From: Vicugna vicugna
Taxonomy: Eukaryota
Assembly (NCBI GenBank): GCA_013265495.1
Contig: MU057640.1
Coordinates: 248,001-312,000 of the forward strand
DNA: 64,000 nucleotides
Direction: 5' to 3'
The position numbers and the translations under genes are program-made. Under the pieces are notes generated by a model. The model did not search any database, had not been told where the DNA came from, and saw nothing but the letters and a program-made list of their open reading frames with translations. Position 1 is the first letter of the stretch, and every line of letters begins with the position of its first letter. Positions 60,641-64,000 of the stretch are shown in pieces.

Positions 60641-63600
60641 GATTAAATGAAACTATCAAGTTCTAGTTTCCTCTAGGATAGTGGTCCCATTTCTGAGAAG
60701 ATTGAGAATCTGGCTTGGTTTCTTTGGGTTCTGTCTCTTCCTCTGAACTCAGGCAAAAATGGAATGAAAGCAAAATAAACCAGAGACCATCACATAAAAG
60801 TAATTAATAGCAGCTTAACTTTGGGAATAACTTGTCGATTTATGTTTGTTTTAGAATCTCAATGGAAGGGTAGAAGATAATCTTTGTTGGCTCAGGAGTG
60901 GGATTTATTATGAGCGTTAGGTTGTGATTTGGGAGCACCCATTTGGGGAAGAAGTTGATTTGTGCCCTCAGCTACAAGGAACACCTTTATAAACATTTAG
61001 AGAACTGCATGATCGGTGCAAATTAGATCCTCTTCATCTACAGAGGTCAGAACTGAAAGGACCTCAATGCTGAGCTTCTTTCCTTTGGAATCTTTTCTGC
61101 TGTCTTCAGAGATTTTTTTTGTGTGTGTTTTTTAAAGAGCCTCTGACTGTGCTCTGTTGAACTTCCCTCCTTCCAAGGCTTTTTACTTAAGTTCCTTCCC
61201 CATCTCTTGCTTTTCCCTTCCCAGGCGTCCTCAGAACAAAGTCCATGTGTTCATTCTTCCTGGAATGATCTCCGAGGGCTGAGGACAATTTCTTAAGGGA
61301 GAATGTCATCATCCCCCATACCCGCTTGGGCCAGAGGTTGACTGTTCACTACCATAAACTGCTCTCAACTCTAAATTGGAACAGTGGAGATCATTGAGTA
61401 GTTACATTTCATTTTAGAAACTCTCCTTGGAACTGTGAAAATTGAAAAGCTTGGTGGGTCAGAGAGAGAGAGAGAAAGATGTGCTGTTTGGTATCTTAAG
61501 GATCGATATGATATTAGACAGTCCCTTGACTAAGAGGCAGCTCTAAAGTCAGTATTAATAGTAATGTGTTATTTTGATTAGAGGGAGGGGAAAGGAGTTA
61601 TCCAAAGCAAGCAGTGAGAGCTTTCATTTTTAGGTAGCATCAGTTCAGATCTTAGTGCATTGCTGATTTAGTCCCTGAATGAGCAAATTGTGAGCCACAA
61701 GCAGGCAGTCCTCTCAGTAGCTCTAGGGGTTGTAGACTCAATATCTTGTTTCTCTGAAGCTTCAGTCATTAAGTAACTTTTCCAGGGCCACAAAGTGGCA
61801 AAGCCAGCAGTGGAATTTGGGTGTTGCTGCCTGCAGTCTAAGAGATGATGTTCTAGCCAGCTCAGGGCATAAGGAAGGCAGAAGTTGGGGAGGAGTGGCT
61901 TTGGGGTATTGTTCCTGCTTTTGCTGTTGTGTAAGGGCCCAGGACCAATTAGAACATGTAAGGTTGGGTGGGGTGGCCAGCTGGCAGGGCTCGAAGTCAG
62001 GTAGCTTGTTTAACTTCAGGAGTGGAGCAGAGAGGATCACTGACTGCAGGCCGAATGAGTCTGGCAGGAGCCCTGTTCCCCGTCTGGCCCCTTCCTTCCC
62101 TCATCAAAGGGAATCTTCGTATCTTTGCTTGGCCTTCTCCTCCCGACTGAAAACCAGTCTTGCTACCACCCAGGCTGTTCATTCTGGCTTAGGGGAAAAA
62201 ATGCTCACAGGTTAAGGGTGAATTGAGTAGTACAGCAGGAAGCAAAATCATGTTGAAAGGCAGACGATGGAAAAATGAAGCCTGTTCTCAGTTTGATGGA
62301 CATGTTCTCATTTATCTGTTGATTTGATTAGCAACCACTACCCAGTCAGGGGAGGCAAAGATGGTTATATCCTCATTTTACATGTGAGAAATGCCATCAG
62401 TGCATGTTAAATATTTATGTGGGGTTCCTCAGTAGAAAAACCAGCCTAAGGCTGTGAGCTCCTCCTCCTGGAATTCTTTGTGCTGGACTTAACTGCACAC
62501 GCCCAACACATGAATGTGTATGCCTAACACGCCCGGGACACATGGTGCCAAAGTAATTTCCCCCCCAAATGCTGACAGGAGTGTTTTATTTTTCACCCTG
62601 GACGGGTTATTTATGTATACTATGTACATCATTTCATAATCAGTATGAATCTTCAGACACTTAGATCTGTACCTGATGGCCCCTGCAGGCCCCTCTTCAG
62701 GTGCCCACGCTTGGAGAGCAGTTGTTTCGTGGGCTACCAGATTCATGATGGAGTAGATTTCCAGGGGAGACATTCCCTAGGCCTTGTCATCTTCCCGGGG
62801 TGGATGGCTCTTGTAGCCGGCCACTTCAACTTTATCTGACTCCTTGCTGGTAGAGTTTAGGTAGCTTTTGTTTGCTTTCTCTTATGGCTAAGTTGTTAGC
62901 AGCATGGAACCAGGCTGGCTCAGTGACACTGGTCCAAAATGGGCTGTTCTGTGTAACTTCTTGTTCCTCTCAGTTGCCTGGGAGATCAGTGAGCCCATCA
63001 CCAAGTTCATCAAATGCTGCTGTGTACTGAGTCCTATGGAAGATACAGGGTGGAGAAGGTGATTAAAGTACCTAGCAAGGGGCCTGGCATTCATTCACTC
63101 ACTCAGTAACTAGGTACGAGCTCCTCCTGTGTGCCAGGCTCTGTCCCACGTGCTAGGGATGTAAAGATAGATTTGGTTCTGCCCCCATAATCCAATGAAG
63201 GGCACTGTCACAGTGGTGGGCATTCGGTAAATTATTAACATTATCATTAACATTAAGGCTATTAATGTAACAACAGTGATGTTATCAATAGAATAATGAG
63301 TGCTTTACCGTCCTGATGAGATGATGGGAAATGAGGGCTTATCCTATTTCACACCCAGTGGTGTGTCTACATTTTTCTAACTTCTCTTTATCAAACCAGC
63401 AGACTCCTGAGAATCAGGATGCGAGGTGTAAAGGTTCATGACTCCTGTAGCAGGAGTGGAACATGGCCTGTTTGGATTAGGAGCTTTGACCCTGGGGCTC
63501 TATATTCTGAGAGGAGGGGACCTGGGCATTTTTCTGGAACTCTCACTGGCACCAAGTCTCTTCTTTCCTGGCTTGACTTTTTATATGCACTGCAATGTTC

Positions 63601-63652
63601 TTTAAACTGTAAACAGAGGAATTATGGATGGATGAAGTTTAGCCAATAAGTT

Positions 63653-64000
63653 CTTTTTTTTTTAACAGCTTTATTTGGATGTAATTCACATACCATGTAT
63701 TTGTTGTCCTTTTAAAGTATACAATTCAATGTTTTAATATATCCATAAAGTTGTGCAACCCTTAGCACTGTCTAGTTCCAGAACATTTTCTTCGCCCCAA
63801 ATAGAAACCCTGTACCCATTAGCAGTCATTCCCTAATCCCTCTTTCCTCCAGCCTCTGGCAACCACTAATACACTTTGTGTCTCTATGAGTTGACGTGTT
63901 GTGGACATTTCATATGAAGGGAGTCATAGAATATGTAATATTTTGTATCTGGCTTCTTTCACTTACTGTAATGTTTTCAGAGTTCATCCATGTTGTCGCA
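63653..64000 (-). mobile_element. Antisense L1MB-like 3' end, running off the window
   Basis: T-run followed by typical antisense L1M 3' UTR sequence. Confidence 0.75.

Noticed and set aside
1..64000. CRISPR arrays, rRNA, or prokaryotic/viral systems
   Set aside because: No regularly spaced repeats, operon-like ORF density or rRNA similarity; the architecture is mammalian exon/intron and repeat DNA.

Overview
Mammalian genomic DNA, very likely a camelid, judged from the many tRNA-Ala-derived vic-1-like SINEs. Two genes lie head-to-head about 21 kb apart, each with its own CpG-rich promoter. RBM25 is on the minus strand (non-coding exon 1 plus coding exons 2-6, continuing off the left edge). 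ZFYVE1/DFCP1 is on the plus strand (probable exon 1 and the first coding exon, then a long intron running off the right edge). The repeat-rich interval between them holds a full-length, intronless, ORF-intact FAM50A retrocopy (339 aa, Kozak ATG, poly-A, perfect 14-bp TSD) inserted in the 3' end of an L1 within a nested retroelement stack. Other notable signals are a candidate stop-containing poison exon in RBM25 intron 2, a perfect 54-bp palindrome upstream of RBM25 exon 4, three ZNF143/THAP11-type motifs at the ZFYVE1 promoter, and a uAUG-rich ZFYVE1 5' UTR with an in-frame upstream ATG. Gene names come from recognising the proteins. Repeat subfamily names are by eye and approximate.
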